Source: Waddliaceae bacterium (GTDB taxonomy: Bacteria; Chlamydiota; Chlamydiia; Chlamydiales; SLOH01). Taken from it: DNA of 64,000 nucleotides. A program made the position numbers and the translations under genes. The stretch lies in contig JBBDJA010000010.1 in assembly GCA_040880105.1 (NCBI GenBank), positions 1 through 64,000 on the forward strand, written 5' to 3'. Shown here piece by piece: positions 49,319-60,327 of this stretch. The notes beneath the pieces are model-generated. The model made no database searches. It saw only the letters and a program-made list of their open reading frames with translations, and had not been told where the DNA came from. Positions within the stretch are counted from its first letter, which is position 1. Each line of letters starts with the position of its first letter.

Positions 49319-50103
49319 TGCAATACTATTTTATTGGTTCCTCACTTCCGGATTTGCAAATTGGAATGCCTCCTGAGATTAGCTTCGGAGATTTTGATAC
49401 TCTTTTAAAAGAAAATCTAAGTCGAGAGGATTATGAACAGACTCTTGTCATTAGACTCTATTTCGATTTGCAAAACATCAGAGCATTTTGGAAGAGCGAG
49501 GAGATGGATAAGTATGGCAATTTAGATGAAAACTCCATTGAAGATGCTTTAATTGTCAGAAGTGGATTACCTGATTATGTTTTTGATTTCTTGGAGAAGT
49601 ATGAATCAAAAAATGAACGATTAAAATACTTTTCAGAGTTATCTGTCCGATATTTTCAAGAAGAGCTTAAAGACCATTCTGAGGGTTTTTTACATGAGTT
49701 CTTGAAGTTTGAGCGCGAATGGCGACTTGTTTTAGTTGGCTTTCGAGCGAAGAAACTTAAGAGGGATATCATTAACGAATTGCAATTTGAGGATCCAAAT
49801 GATGAGATCGTCGCGCAGCTGATCGCACAAAAAGACGCAAAAGTCTTTGAGCCCCCGACTCGTTATAGTGATCTTAAAGCAATTTTTGAAGAATACGGCA
49901 ATCAACCGATCGAGCTGCACCAAGCGCTTGTCGAATGGAGATTTGAAAAACTATTTACAATGTATGGAGACTCTGTCTTTTCGCTTGATCGGATTCTCTC
50001 GTATTTAGTTAGATTGATTCTTGTTGAAAAATGGATGCAGCTTGATCAGAAGAAAGGAATAGAACTTATTGATAGTCAATTAAAACAGGATGGAGTGGTG
50101 TGA
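49318..50103 (+). CDS. V/A-type ATP synthase subunit C (DUF2764 family)
   Basis: MQYYFIGSSLPDL N-terminus; position between subunits E and A. Confidence 0.82.
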   Translation: MQYYFIGSSLPDLQIGMPPEISFGDFDTLLKENLSREDYEQTLVIRLYFDLQNIRAFWKSEEMDKYGNLDENSIEDALIVRSGLPDYVFDFLEKYESKNERLKYFSELSVRYFQEELKDHSEGFLHEFLKFEREWRLVLVGFRAKKLKRDIINELQFEDPNDEIVAQLIAQKDAKVFEPPTRYSDLKAIFEEYGNQPIELHQALVEWRFEKLFTMYGDSVFSLDRILSYLVRLILVEKWMQLDQKKGIELIDSQLKQDGVV

Positions 50104-51863
50104 CGACAAAAACAGAAACTCGTGGAGAAGTAGCAGGCGCTTTCGGTAACCTGCTCAATGTGAAATTCGAAGGTCATATTCGTCAAGGTGAGGTGGCAAA
50201 GGTTCACGTCGGAGACGTTGGGTTAAAAGCTGAGGTTATTGAGATAGTAGGGGACCTGGCAAAAGTGCAAGTCTTTGAAGATACTCGAGGAATTAAGCTT
50301 GGAACAAAAGTTAGCTTTTCAGGTGATTTGCTCGAAGCTGAGCTTGGCCCCGGATTGCTGACATCAATTTTTGACGGTTTACAAAACCCACTTGTTGATG
50401 TTGCTGAAAAGGCAGGACTTTTTTTACCTCAAGGTGTCTATCTTCCCCCCCTTGATCGACAGAAAAAATGGGGATATGAGAGCTCTGTAAAAGTCGGTGA
50501 TGAAGTCAGAAGAGGCGATGCATTAGGACAAACTTTAGAAGGGCGTTTTCATCACCTTGTGATGGTTCCATTCTCTTTATATGGGAAATATACAGTTAAA
50601 TGGACGATCGCGCCCGGCTCATATAATATCGACACTGTCATTGCGAAACTCGAAGATGAAGAGGGGAAAGAGCACGACATTACAATGGTACAAAAATGGC
50701 CGGTCAAATCTGCTCTTTCCGAAGGTGAAAGAACGCGTCCAACTGAGATGATGGATACAGGATGCCGCACACTTGACACACAGTTTCCTGTTGTGAAGGG
50801 GGGGACATTTTGCAGCCCAGGACCTTTTGGTGCAGGTAAAACAGTTCTACAGCACCACCTCGCTAAATTTGCTGCTGTTGACATTGTGATTGTCTGCGCA
50901 TGCGGAGAGAGAGCGGGCGAGGTCGTTGAGATGCTTCGTGAATTCCCGCACCTGATCGATCCGCATACAGGCGAGAGCTTAATGAACCGCACCGTTATCA
51001 TTTGTAACACATCTTCAATGCCTGTAGCAGCTCGAGAAGCATCTGTATATATGGGAGTGACGATTGCCGAGTATTACCGACAAATGGGCCTCAATGTGTT
51101 ATTGCTTGCCGACTCCACTTCTCGCTGGGCGCAAGCGATGCGCGAAATGTCCGGCCGTTTAGAAGAGATTCCCGGAGAAGAGGCCTTCCCGGCTTATCTT
51201 GCCTCTCGTATTGCCGATTTTTACGAGCGGTCCGGTGTAATAAACCTAAGAGATGGAAAGACAGGCTCAATTACAATCGGCGGAGCTGTTTCACCTGCGG
51301 GAGGTAACTTTGAAGAACCCGTGACACAGGCCACTTTGTCTGTAGTCGGCGCATTCCACGCCCTTTCACGCGAGCGTTCAGACTCTCGTCGATATCCGGC
51401 TGTCGACCCCCACATGTCTTGGACAAAGTATGTAGATGATGTCGCACAGGCTCTTGAAAGACGTTCGGATGGATGGGGAGACAGCGTAAAGCGGGCAACG
51501 AAAATTTTGAAAATGGGTGATGAAGTCCGCAAGCGTATGGAAGTGGTCGGAGAGGAAGGAACGGCAATTGAGGATCTTGTTGTTTATCTGAAATCCGAGC
51601 TTTACGACTTTTGTTATCTGCAACAAAATGCTTTTGACAAACAAGATGAATACTGTCCGTTAGATAGACAGATCCCACTTTTTAATTTGATCAATCGCAT
51701 TTTTGAAAAGCAGTATCAATTTTCATCTCATGATCAAGCTCGCGAATTCTTTTTAAATCTACAAAATAGAATCAAAAATTTAAATTTCATGATATTCGAA
51801 TCACCGGAGTATCGTAAACAAATGAACGCGATTGAAGAGAGTGTGGAGAGGGGATCGATATGA
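50100..51863 (+). CDS. atpA: V/A-type ATP synthase subunit A
   Basis: P-loop [39 protein letters not shown]. Confidence 0.97.
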   Translation: MTTKTETRGEVAGAFGNLLNVKFEGHIRQGEVAKVHVGDVGLKAEVIEIVGDLAKVQVFEDTRGIKLGTKVSFSGDLLEAELGPGLLTSIFDGLQNPLVDVAEKAGLFLPQGVYLPPLDRQKKWGYESSVKVGDEVRRGDALGQTLEGRFHHLVMVPFSLYGKYTVKWTIAPGSYNIDTVIAKLEDEEGKEHDITMVQKWPVKSALSEGERTRPTEMMDTGCRTLDTQFPVVKGGTFCSPGPFGAGKTVLQHHLAKFAAVDIVIVCACGERAGEVVEMLREFPHLIDPHTGESLMNRTVIICNTSSMPVAAREASVYMGVTIAEYYRQMGLNVLLLADSTSRWAQAMREMSGRLEEIPGEEAFPAYLASRIADFYERSGVINLRDGKTGSITIGGAVSPAGGNFEEPVTQATLSVVGAFHALSRERSDSRRYPAVDPHMSWTKYVDDVAQALERRSDGWGDSVKRATKILKMGDEVRKRMEVVGEEGTAIEDLVVYLKSELYDFCYLQQNAFDKQDEYCPLDRQIPLFNLINRIFEKQYQFSSHDQAREFFLNLQNRIKNLNFMIFESPEYRKQMNAIEESVERGSI

Positions 51864-53158
51864 AAAAAGTATATGATAGAATCAAGGATATGCGCGGAAA
51901 CTTGATTACGGTGACTGCAACAGATGTCTTTTTAGGCGAACTTGCTCAGGTTAAGCTTCGGGATGGTCGAAAAATTTACGCCTCAGTTCTTCGGATTGAA
52001 GGTGACGATGTGACTCTTCAGGTTTTTGAAAATACGCGTGGAATCTCAACCGGCGATGAAGTGACCTTCCTAAAACGGCAGATGCAAGCGAACTTTAGCG
52101 ATGCGCTTTTAGGGCGCAGACTCAGCGGAACAGGCGAGCCGATCGACGGAGGCCCTGAAATCATCGGTGAGTCGATTAATATTAACGCTCCCTCTTTTAA
52201 CCCGACAAGACGGATTATTCCCAAAGAGATGGTGCGAAGCAATATTCCGATGATCGATGTCTTTAACACGCTTGTCAAGTCTCAAAAGATTCCGATTTTT
52301 TCTGTCTCCGGCGAACCCTATAATCAGCTTTTAATGCGGATTGCCAACCAGACGGATGCAGATGTTGTTGTGATTGCAGGAATGGGTCTTACCTTCCGCG
52401 ACTACCAAGCGTTTATAGATAATGCCGAAAGTTCAGGGTCTATGAATAAAACAATCATGTTTATCCATCGGGCGACAGATCCCGCTGTTGAGTGCCTGCT
52501 AGTTCCCGATATGGCGCTTGCTTGCGCAGAAAAGTTTGCCATTAACGATAAAAACGTTTTAGTTTTGCTTACTGACATGACAGCCTTTGCAGACTCTATT
52601 AAGGAAATTTCAATTACAATGGACCAAGTGCCTTCTAATCGCGGATATCCGGGCTCCCTATACTCGGATCTAGCTTCCCGTTATGAAAAGGCCGTGTTGA
52701 TTGAAGGAAGCGGCTCCATTACAATTATCGGTGTCACAACAATGCCCGGTGATGATGTGACCCATCCGATTCCGGATAATACAGGGTATATCACCGAGGG
52801 ACAGTTTTACCTTCACAATCATCAGATTGACCCTTTTGGTTCACTTTCACGTTTAAAACAAAATGTGATCGGAAAAGTGACCAGAGAAGATCATGGCGAT
52901 CTTGCGAATGCGATGATTCGACTATTTGCAGAATCTAAGAAAGCAAAAGAGAGACAAAGTATGGGATTTCGCTTGTCCGAGCGTGATAAACAGCTTTTAG
53001 TTTACTCCGAACTTTTTGAAAAGGAGATGATGGATCTCGAAGTGAATTTGCCGCTTGAGAAGGCTCTTGACAATGGGTGGAGAATTTTATCCGAATGTTT
53101 CAAGCCTGAACAAGTTGGAATTAAACAAAGTCTTGTTGAAGCATATTGGCCCGGATAA
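51860..53158 (+). CDS. atpB: V/A-type ATP synthase subunit B
   Basis: [37 protein letters not shown]. Confidence 0.97.
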   Translation: MKKVYDRIKDMRGNLITVTATDVFLGELAQVKLRDGRKIYASVLRIEGDDVTLQVFENTRGISTGDEVTFLKRQMQANFSDALLGRRLSGTGEPIDGGPEIIGESININAPSFNPTRRIIPKEMVRSNIPMIDVFNTLVKSQKIPIFSVSGEPYNQLLMRIANQTDADVVVIAGMGLTFRDYQAFIDNAESSGSMNKTIMFIHRATDPAVECLLVPDMALACAEKFAINDKNVLVLLTDMTAFADSIKEISITMDQVPSNRGYPGSLYSDLASRYEKAVLIEGSGSITIIGVTTMPGDDVTHPIPDNTGYITEGQFYLHNHQIDPFGSLSRLKQNVIGKVTREDHGDLANAMIRLFAESKKAKERQSMGFRLSERDKQLLVYSELFEKEMMDLEVNLPLEKALDNGWRILSECFKPEQVGIKQSLVEAYWPG

Positions 53159-53766
53159 TGGCAGAAATTAAACTGACGAAAAATGAACTGCGCGCCCAGC
53201 AAATTCGGTTGGGACAACTGGAAAGATATCTTCCGACGTTGCAGTTAAAAAAAGCCCAATTGCAGCAAGAGGTTTCATTTGCCAGGATGGAGATTGAAAA
53301 AGTCAATCAAGAGCTCATGCAAAAATATGAATCCATTAAGCATTTTGCAGCTTTGTTGACCGATCAATTTTCTATTGAAATAGATAAGGTTGCAGTGATT
53401 GACCGCTTAGATACCACTACGGAAAATATTGCAGGCGTTGAAGTCCCAATTTTTGAAAAGGCGCATTTTATACCCTTTGAGTACGACCTGTTTGATTCTC
53501 CTCCATGGATAGATCCAGCGGTTGAGTCTATTCGAGAGTTAATCAGTCACAAAGCAGCACATGGAGTAGCAAAGGAAAAAAGTAAGCGCCTAGAAGAAGA
53601 ATTGAGACAGGTATCTATTCGAGTGAATCTATTCGAAAAGATTTTGATTCCACGTGCAAATAAAAACATTAAAACAATTAAAGTTTTTTTGGGTGATCAA
53701 GAGTTAGCTGCAGTGTCACAAGCAAAGGTTGCGAAAGCAAAAATCGAAGCGAGGAAGAGTGAATGA
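53158..53766 (+). CDS. atpD: V/A-type ATP synthase subunit D
   Basis: IKLTKNELR...LPTLQLKKAQL, RVNLFEKILIP; TAATG coupling. Confidence 0.95.
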   Translation: MAEIKLTKNELRAQQIRLGQLERYLPTLQLKKAQLQQEVSFARMEIEKVNQELMQKYESIKHFAALLTDQFSIEIDKVAVIDRLDTTTENIAGVEVPIFEKAHFIPFEYDLFDSPPWIDPAVESIRELISHKAAHGVAKEKSKRLEEELRQVSIRVNLFEKILIPRANKNIKTIKVFLGDQELAAVSQAKVAKAKIEARKSE

Positions 53767-55685
53767 GGATAGATGTTAAAAAGTATCTCTTCTGGGGACC
53801 AGAGAACATAAAAACCGTTTTTTTTCAAAAGGCACAGTCAGCTGGGATTATCGAGTTTATCGACCCAAAGCCTTTGAAGCAAAAAGAGATTCCTGAAGAG
53901 GTACAAAAGTACCACAATGCAATTAAGGTGCTTCGTGAAAAGCCATCCGTTACACAAGAAGAGCCCGAAAATCCAAACGACGCGAAAAAAATCGTCTCAG
54001 AAATCTTAGACCTAGAACATGCGCACGGAAAGTATTCCGAAGAAAGGCGCCAATTGCATATGGAGATTTCCCGAATAGAAGTCTTCGGAGACTTTTCACT
54101 TGAAGAGTTGAAAAAAATCGACCGAGAAACCGGCCGTAAAATTCAGTTCTTTTTTTCAAAACATTTACCCCAAGAAGAGCTCGAAATTCCTGAAGAGCTG
54201 ATTTATATCGGTTTTAAGAGTGGTCTTGATTATTTTATTTCAATTAATCCTGTTGAAAAACAGTATGATCAGATGATTGAAATGCATTTTGATCAATCGC
54301 TTGGAACGCTAAAAAATCGTTTGAATGAAATTGAGATCAAAGAGCGTAGAATCGAAGAAAAACTAAAGGATCTTGCCAAGTACAACGCCTTTTTGCACAC
54401 CGCATTGATTAAAGAGATGAATCAATATTCACTTGTTCAGGCACAGTCTTTTGCTCAAGGAAAACTTAATGACATTCTTTTTGTGATTGAAGGATGGGTA
54501 CCCAAACACAAAGAAGAGGCTCTTTTTGATTTACTCGAAGAACTCAATGTGACAGCCAATCAGATCGCAATCGAACCTTTCGATCACGTCCCTACTTTTT
54601 TGGAAAACTCTGGAACTAAACGCATCGGTGAAGATCTTGTACATATTTATGATACCCCCTCGATTACAGATAAAGATCCTTCTATTTGGGTTTTAGTCTT
54701 TTTCTCACTTTTCTTTGCCTTAATCATCAATGACGGGGGCTACGGTCTGCTCTTTTTGATAGCGGCACTTTTCATTCGCTCTAAATATAAAGTTCTCCCA
54801 AAAGCAGGAAATAGATTCTATAAACTTGTCATTATCTTATCTGTAGCAACCATCGGGTGGGGCGTATTATCCAATAGTTTTTTTGGTGTCATTTTTGATA
54901 TAGACAGCCCATTTAGAAAAGTCTCTTTGTTGCAATGGGTCTCGGAAAAAAAGGCCGCCTACCATATTGAAGAAAAGGATGACACATATCAAGAGTGGGT
55001 GAGGAAGTACCCTGCAGCTCTTGATGCTAATGATGCGAATGAGTTCTTAAAGATAGGAGCTAAGGAAAAGCCGACCGGTCAAATAGAGTATGAGATTTTA
55101 GATAAATTTAACGATTCCATTCTAATGGAGCTGGCCTTATTGGTCGGTATGATCCATGTCTCGCTTTCTTTCCTTAGGTACTTAGATATCAACTGGTCAG
55201 GCGCCGGATGGGTGATTTTTATTTTTGGCGCTTATCTCTACCTACCAAGCTACTTAGAGGCCGCGTCGATGACTCAATACATTTTTGGAGTTGATAGAGA
55301 CTTCGCTGCATTTGAAGGGATCATTATGATGGCTGGAGGACTAAGTCTTGCATTTATCTTATCCTTCATCCAAAACAAACTCTACGGGCTGCTTGAAATT
55401 ACCAATTTAATACAAGTTTTTGCAGATATACTCTCATATCTTCGCCTGTATGCACTAGGACTTGCAGGAGCGATCATCAGCAATACTGTCAATGACATTG
55501 CCGCCGGGTCACCTTGGATTTTTGCAATCTTTTTACTTTTAATCGGCCATGCCGTCAATATTATCCTCTCAATCATTGGAGGTGTTATTCACGGTTTGCG
55601 TCTAAATTTTATCGAATGGTATCACTATAGTTTTGAAGGAGGAGGAAAAATGTTTCGTCCCCTTGAAAAAGTGGTGATCGAGTAA
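53763..55685 (+). CDS. atpI: V/A-type ATP synthase subunit I (a)
   Basis: EGWVP, DGGYG, FADILSYLRLYALGLA, IHGLRLNFIEW. Confidence 0.96.
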   Translation: MRIDVKKYLFWGPENIKTVFFQKAQSAGIIEFIDPKPLKQKEIPEEVQKYHNAIKVLREKPSVTQEEPENPNDAKKIVSEILDLEHAHGKYSEERRQLHMEISRIEVFGDFSLEELKKIDRETGRKIQFFFSKHLPQEELEIPEELIYIGFKSGLDYFISINPVEKQYDQMIEMHFDQSLGTLKNRLNEIEIKERRIEEKLKDLAKYNAFLHTALIKEMNQYSLVQAQSFAQGKLNDILFVIEGWVPKHKEEALFDLLEELNVTANQIAIEPFDHVPTFLENSGTKRIGEDLVHIYDTPSITDKDPSIWVLVFFSLFFALIINDGGYGLLFLIAALFIRSKYKVLPKAGNRFYKLVIILSVATIGWGVLSNSFFGVIFDIDSPFRKVSLLQWVSEKKAAYHIEEKDDTYQEWVRKYPAALDANDANEFLKIGAKEKPTGQIEYEILDKFNDSILMELALLVGMIHVSLSFLRYLDINWSGAGWVIFIFGAYLYLPSYLEAASMTQYIFGVDRDFAAFEGIIMMAGGLSLAFILSFIQNKLYGLLEITNLIQVFADILSYLRLYALGLAGAIISNTVNDIAAGSPWIFAIFLLLIGHAVNIILSIIGGVIHGLRLNFIEWYHYSFEGGGKMFRPLEKVVIE

Positions 55686-55693
55686 CAGACAGG

Positions 55694-56125
55694 ATGGGAA
55701 TTATGAATTTTGATATGGTAGGACCAGCTCTTGCCCTTGGTTTAAGTGCCATTGGTAGCAGTATTGGTTGTGGTATTGCGGGAATGGCCTCTCATGGCGT
55801 TATGAGTCGCGTTGAAGAGGGACATGGTAAGTTTATCGGGATGGCAGCAGCTCCATCCTCACAGTCGATCTACGGCTTTATTTTAATGCTTCTAATGGCT
55901 CGAGCGATTACAGATGGTTCACTATCGCCTCTATCAGGAATTGCAATCGGTTTCTCTTCAGGCGCAGCGATTATGATTTCTGCTATTTACCAAGGAAAAG
56001 TTGCAGCTACAGGTATCCAAGCCTCAGCAAAGCAACCGGCGATATTTGGTAAATGTTTTGCTGCAGTCGGTATTGTTGAATCGTTTGCTCTTTTTGCTTT
56101 CGTTTTTGCTTTACTCATCATGTAG
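55694..56125 (+). CDS. atpK: V/A-type ATP synthase subunit K (c, four-TM proteolipid)
   Basis: Four Gly/Ala-rich TMs, APSSQSIYG, YQGKVAA, GIVESFALF. Confidence 0.95.
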   Translation: MGIMNFDMVGPALALGLSAIGSSIGCGIAGMASHGVMSRVEEGHGKFIGMAAAPSSQSIYGFILMLLMARAITDGSLSPLSGIAIGFSSGAAIMISAIYQGKVAATGIQASAKQPAIFGKCFAAVGIVESFALFAFVFALLIM

Positions 56126-56152
56126 AATCGCTTGCAGAAAAAGCAATTTTTT

Positions 56153-56232
56153 AAAAGCAGCCTTTAGCACTTCTGAAAAACTGGATCTTGAACATCCGAA
56201 TTTCATTAGAAGTGGCTTCAGGCTGCTTTTTT
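56153..56232. terminator. Long composite hairpin between convergent genes
   Basis: AAAAGCAGCCT/AGGCTGCTTTT outer stem, CACTTCT/AGAAGTG and GGAT/ATCC inner stems, T tail. Confidence 0.65.
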
Positions 56233-56329
56233 ATTCTGGCAGAACGATTCGCTCTTGCCACCTAAGGTTTCATTAGAAGTGGCCTCAGGCTGCTTTTTTT
56301 ATTCTGGCAAGACGATTCGCTCTTGCCAC
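56201..56329. repeat. Near-identical ~61-bp direct repeat duplicating the 3' end of the lipoprotein gene
   Basis: 56201-56261 and 56268-56329; both encode WQERIVLPE* on the minus strand. Confidence 0.92.
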
Positions 56330-56718
56330 ATAGGATGTTCCCACGTGTTTAGTACTTGATCTTCGGCTAAAAGCTGAACTTTATAGGCTAGAATGCCACA
56401 CAGACGAAAATAATCCTCATTACATAAGAGATAACTGTATGTTCCGCAGTCCCTTGTGATCGGGACGCTGAAATTAGATTGACTATGGTCTCTAAAGCGG
56501 ATTTGAACATAAAGCGTATGCGGAAAGAGCCGTGCAGCACCTTTCGGCAAGGACCAGTTGATCAAGATTTTCTCGCCTTGAGGGGGACAGTTATATAGAG
56601 GGTCAGGTGTTCCTGTGATATAGCTTGCTAGGCTGTATTTAGTTAGATATTCTCTATTCACTTCAAGCTGCGGTGAGTGGCAGCTAGACAGAAAGAGAAG
56701 AAGTAAGAGACGTTTCAT
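56299..56718 (-). CDS. Putative chlamydial lipoprotein
   Basis: Lipobox MKRLLLLLFLSS-C; LASYITGTPDP; convergent on atpK as in other chlamydiae. Confidence 0.78.
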   Translation of the reverse strand: MKRLLLLLFLSSCHSPQLEVNREYLTKYSLASYITGTPDPLYNCPPQGEKILINWSLPKGAARLFPHTLYVQIRFRDHSQSNFSVPITRDCGTYSYLLCNEDYFRLCGILAYKVQLLAEDQVLNTWEHPMWQERIVLPE

Positions 56719-57772
56719 GAGTGACTGGTTCTTGTAGCTTAACAGCAGCCCAGCGGATGAGTCGTTCAGTCGTAGAAAAATCCAAACAAGGATCTGTCAC
56801 TGATACCCCATACTTAAGCTCTGATGTGTGTTTATCTAATGATTGATTTCCCGAGAAGAGATGACTTTCTAAAATTAACCCACGTATGGATTCATTTCCT
56901 GAAAGAATTTGACGGACGATCTCGTGGAATACTGTCGTTTGCTTTTTGTGAGCACGACCGGAGTTGTCATGAGAACAGTCTACAACCACAGCATTTGAGA
57001 GATTGCACTCCTTGAGCAGCGATAGAGCATATGCAATATCTGAGGGGTGATAATTGGGCTCATTTTCACCGCCGCGAAGCACCAGATGGGCCATCGGATT
57101 CCCGCGACTTATCATTTTTACCGGTCCACCTCTCTTGTCCATTCCCAAAAAAGTCTGAGATACAGATGCCGCTTTAATTCCGTCGACTGCAATTTTTATA
57201 TTTCCATCCGTATTGTTTTTAAAACCCATAGGAAAGTTAAGAGTCGATGCGATCTGTCTATGAGGTTGAGAAGAAGACGTTCGCGCGCCAATACATCCCC
57301 AGGAGATCAAATCATCGAAATAGAGAGGGGAGAGGGGTCCTAGAATTTCAGAGGCAATTGGGATTTTCTTTTGTGTGAGTTTTAACAGCAACTCACGTGT
57401 CCACTTTAGTCCAATTTCTATATCCCCGGAACCATCAAGAAGTGGGTCGTGTAAAATCCCTTGCCAACCGAATACTGTTCGAGGTTTTTCAAAATAGGTG
57501 CGCATAACCATGAAAAACTGATCGGAAACTTGAGAAGAGAGCTCAGAGAACTTTTCAGCAAACTCTTTAGCTGATGTCAGATCGTGTATCGAACAAGGTC
57601 CTACGATAATAAGCTTGCGCCTATCCTTACCTTCAAGAATCTGGCAAATCGTTTTTCTTGATTGTTCCACAAAATCTTTGTCTTCTGTAGATAATGGGAA
57701 TTCTTGAATCAGCTCTTCGGGAGTTGGCAATGGCTTTGACTGTTCTTCCGGCAATGGGTGAATTTTGGACAT
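56684..57772 (-). CDS. aroG: 3-deoxy-7-phosphoheptulonate (DAHP) synthase, class I-alpha (AroF/G/H type)
   Basis: IVGPCSIHD, RTYFEKPRT, IGART, GFKNNTDG, LRGG, VDCSHDNS, YGVSVTDPC. Confidence 0.92.
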   Translation of the reverse strand: MSKIHPLPEEQSKPLPTPEELIQEFPLSTEDKDFVEQSRKTICQILEGKDRRKLIIVGPCSIHDLTSAKEFAEKFSELSSQVSDQFFMVMRTYFEKPRTVFGWQGILHDPLLDGSGDIEIGLKWTRELLLKLTQKKIPIASEILGPLSPLYFDDLISWGCIGARTSSSQPHRQIASTLNFPMGFKNNTDGNIKIAVDGIKAASVSQTFLGMDKRGGPVKMISRGNPMAHLVLRGGENEPNYHPSDIAYALSLLKECNLSNAVVVDCSHDNSGRAHKKQTTVFHEIVRQILSGNESIRGLILESHLFSGNQSLDKHTSELKYGVSVTDPCLDFSTTERLIRWAAVKLQEPVTHETSLTSSLSV

Positions 57773-57829
57773 GACAAATTGATTTGTATTGTTTAATATC
57801 TCAAACTATCAAAAAGTGAATTTTTAAAC

Positions 57830-58573
57830 ATGAAAAATCTTAAGCCCCTTTGGATTAAAGAGAGTTTGAGCCCCGAAATGCCGCCTCGCATTGCCGAGAT
57901 GGGATATAATGCTGTCGTCCTGAATGCTCCTTGCAAAAATCTTTCGGGACTTCAGTCGATCAGTACTCATAAAGAGCTGAACCCCGACTACCTACTTGTT
58001 CATGCTAAGTTTCTTGAAAACCAGAAACTGCATCTAACTTTAGAAGATCTAATGCGCGCTGAGATCGATTCTCTGCTTTCTGTTAAAAATAAAATCATTT
58101 ATTTAATTCCGGACCTTCCACCTACACAATTGCACCCTTGGCTTTTACCGTTAGAAAAAGAACTACCGAGCCGATTTATTTTAGTTGGGGGGTCAATCCC
58201 GTTTATTGAACATGGTAAAGTTCTGCCATTTCCTTCAAAGCTCGAGGGGAAACGCGCTCTATTTTCTTCATCTCCACGCTTTCCTCAAGAGGATGAAATG
58301 CTTGCTGCCTCACTATTTATTGGAGCGCATGTTCAAGATGGAGAAAAAAGTTGTTTAGAACTTTTTTCTAAATGGTGTGAATCATATCGACCCGATTGGC
58401 TAAAAAATCTCCCGTTATTTCTCAGATTACAAAGGCACATGGAAGACAAATCTCTGTATGAAGAGCCGTCCGACTCCTTAAGAAAATTGCTTACTGCTGA
58501 GACAAATTATCTCTCTTCGTGCTTGATTAAAGAGATCGAAGAGGTCTTTTCTGAACCCTTAAATTCAGTCTAA
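57830..58573 (+). CDS. Hypothetical protein
   Basis: 247-aa ORF filling the gap; no recognised motif. Confidence 0.6.
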   Translation: MKNLKPLWIKESLSPEMPPRIAEMGYNAVVLNAPCKNLSGLQSISTHKELNPDYLLVHAKFLENQKLHLTLEDLMRAEIDSLLSVKNKIIYLIPDLPPTQLHPWLLPLEKELPSRFILVGGSIPFIEHGKVLPFPSKLEGKRALFSSSPRFPQEDEMLAASLFIGAHVQDGEKSCLELFSKWCESYRPDWLKNLPLFLRLQRHMEDKSLYEEPSDSLRKLLTAETNYLSSCLIKEIEEVFSEPLNSV

Positions 58574-58705
58574 ACCTAAATTTAACTTATTTTTTAGCGA
58601 TTCCTCGCTAAAACCATTGTTTTCCTCGCTTCAATTTGTTTTTTTCTGGAATTTTTTTCGTCTATTCTGTAACATTATAATCATAATTTTTTGCTTATTG
58701 AATTA

Positions 58706-59149
58706 ATGGAAGATCTATTTTCAGTTTATATTGATCGCTTAAAAGACGGGAAAGTTGAGAAGATCTCTCAAACTTATACACCGGATTTTATCGAGACGGA
58801 AGATGTCGAACTCTCTTTTAAGGACCCGGTCCTTTACGAGGGCGAGGCTTATCTTGCCGATGATGAATTGATCCTGCATTTTAATGTAGACACATATGCA
58901 ACCATTCCGTGTAAAATTTGCAATGAACCGGTCAAAGTACCGATACAAATTAGAAATGTTTATTACCCCGTCTCTTTAAGTGAAATCAAAGGAAGCATTT
59001 ATTCCCTTAAAGAAAGTTTACGCGAGACAATTCTTCTTGAGACCCCAACTTTTGCCGAGTGTTCTCGGAATAGTTGCCCAAAACGCATGTTGCTCAATAA
59101 GTATTCAGAGAAGATGCCTCCACCGGAAAACCCTTTTTCAAAATTATAA
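58706..59149 (+). CDS. YceD/DUF177 family protein
   Basis: PCKICNEPV, LRETILLETP..AEC...C; directly upstream of rpmF; start ATG 58706. Confidence 0.85.
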   Translation: MEDLFSVYIDRLKDGKVEKISQTYTPDFIETEDVELSFKDPVLYEGEAYLADDELILHFNVDTYATIPCKICNEPVKVPIQIRNVYYPVSLSEIKGSIYSLKESLRETILLETPTFAECSRNSCPKRMLLNKYSEKMPPPENPFSKL

Positions 59150-59166
59150 TATAGAGGAAAGAAACA

Positions 59167-59352
59167 ATGGCAGTACCACGTAGTCGCCTATCGAACCAAA
59201 GAAAAAATAAACGGCGTTCACACCATGCGAAGTCACCGAAGCAATTGCAGGGTTGCTCTAACTGTGGAACACAAAAACCATCGCACGTGATTTGTGCATC
59301 TTGCGGAACTTACGCAGGAAGACAAATCTTTGCAAAAGACACAGAAGAGTAG
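59167..59352 (+). CDS. rpmF: 50S ribosomal protein L32 (Zn-binding form)
   Basis: MAVPRSRLSNQRKNKRRSH, CSNCG..HVICASCGTY. Confidence 0.97.
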   Translation: MAVPRSRLSNQRKNKRRSHHAKSPKQLQGCSNCGTQKPSHVICASCGTYAGRQIFAKDTEE

Positions 59353-59382
59353 GAAATTCCGATTTCTATTGATTTCAGAAAA

Positions 59383-60327
59383 GTGAAGAGTCGAAAGGTA
59401 CGCCTAGGAATAGACTTGATGGGAAGCGAACGTTTTCCATCTGATTTATTTTCAGCATCTATCTCTCAAGTTGAGGATGATGTTGAGTTGCTTTTTTTAG
59501 CAACAGATGAGGAAATACCGGAAAACTCTTCATTTTCTTTTCATAGAGTGGACGAGGTGATCACCATGGAAGATGATCCTATCCGCTCTGTCATTTCAAA
59601 AAGACAGTCCTCATTAATTCAAGGCCTTGAACTTTTAAAACAAGGCGCTATCGATGCATTTATCACATCAGGTAATACAGGTGCTTTAATTGCCGGTTCT
59701 ACCGCGCTTTTAACTAAAATGGGATCAATGGAAAGAGCCGGTCTCCTTGCTACCCTACCTTCAAGAAGAGGCGAGTTTATAGCTCTTGATGTCGGAGGAA
59801 TGCTCTTGTGCAGACCCAATCATCTTTTGCAGTTTGCTCGCTTTGGGAGCGCTTATATCAGTGTCGTCAATGATATAGAAATGCCAAGAGTCGGACTTCT
59901 TAATGTCGGCTCCGAATCCGTAAAAGGGACTGAAGAACTGCGCGCTGCCTATCGGCTTCTTGCGGAAGATCAGCCGCATTTTGAATTTATTGGAAATGTG
60001 GAACCCGACCAGATTTTCGAAGATAATGTCGATGTTGTGGTTACAGATGGATTTTCCGGTAATGTTCTATTAAAAACATGCGAGGGTATTTCTTCGCTTA
60101 TATTTCAGAAACTCAAAGAAAATCTTTTAACTCAAGAAGGGTTGTATCTGGTCGAAAAGACATTCTGTTCTGCAGAGTATCCAGGTGCTTTGGTTTCCGG
60201 AATCGAGTCTGTTGTTCTTAAGTGTCATGGTCATTCATCAGACACTGCAATTCAACATAGCATTCAACTAGCGACTCGTTTGGTGAGACTTAATGCTCTT
60301 TCTCAAATCAGTTCAAAAATGGTCTGA
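59383..60327 (+). CDS. plsX: Phosphate acyltransferase PlsX
   Basis: LGIDLMG, SGNTGAL, VGLLNVGSESVKG, DVVVTDGFSGNVLLK, KCHGHS. Confidence 0.94.
   Translation: MKSRKVRLGIDLMGSERFPSDLFSASISQVEDDVELLFLATDEEIPENSSFSFHRVDEVITMEDDPIRSVISKRQSSLIQGLELLKQGAIDAFITSGNTGALIAGSTALLTKMGSMERAGLLATLPSRRGEFIALDVGGMLLCRPNHLLQFARFGSAYISVVNDIEMPRVGLLNVGSESVKGTEELRAAYRLLAEDQPHFEFIGNVEPDQIFEDNVDVVVTDGFSGNVLLKTCEGISSLIFQKLKENLLTQEGLYLVEKTFCSAEYPGALVSGIESVVLKCHGHSSDTAIQHSIQLATRLVRLNALSQISSKMV

Noticed and set aside
56001..56276. 91-aa ORF spanning the atpK end and the hairpin
   Set aside because: Overlaps atpK out of frame and runs through terminator and repeat DNA
60303..60327. 25-bp convergent overlap of plsX and lpxB
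   Set aside because: Short tail-to-tail overlaps are common in compact genomes
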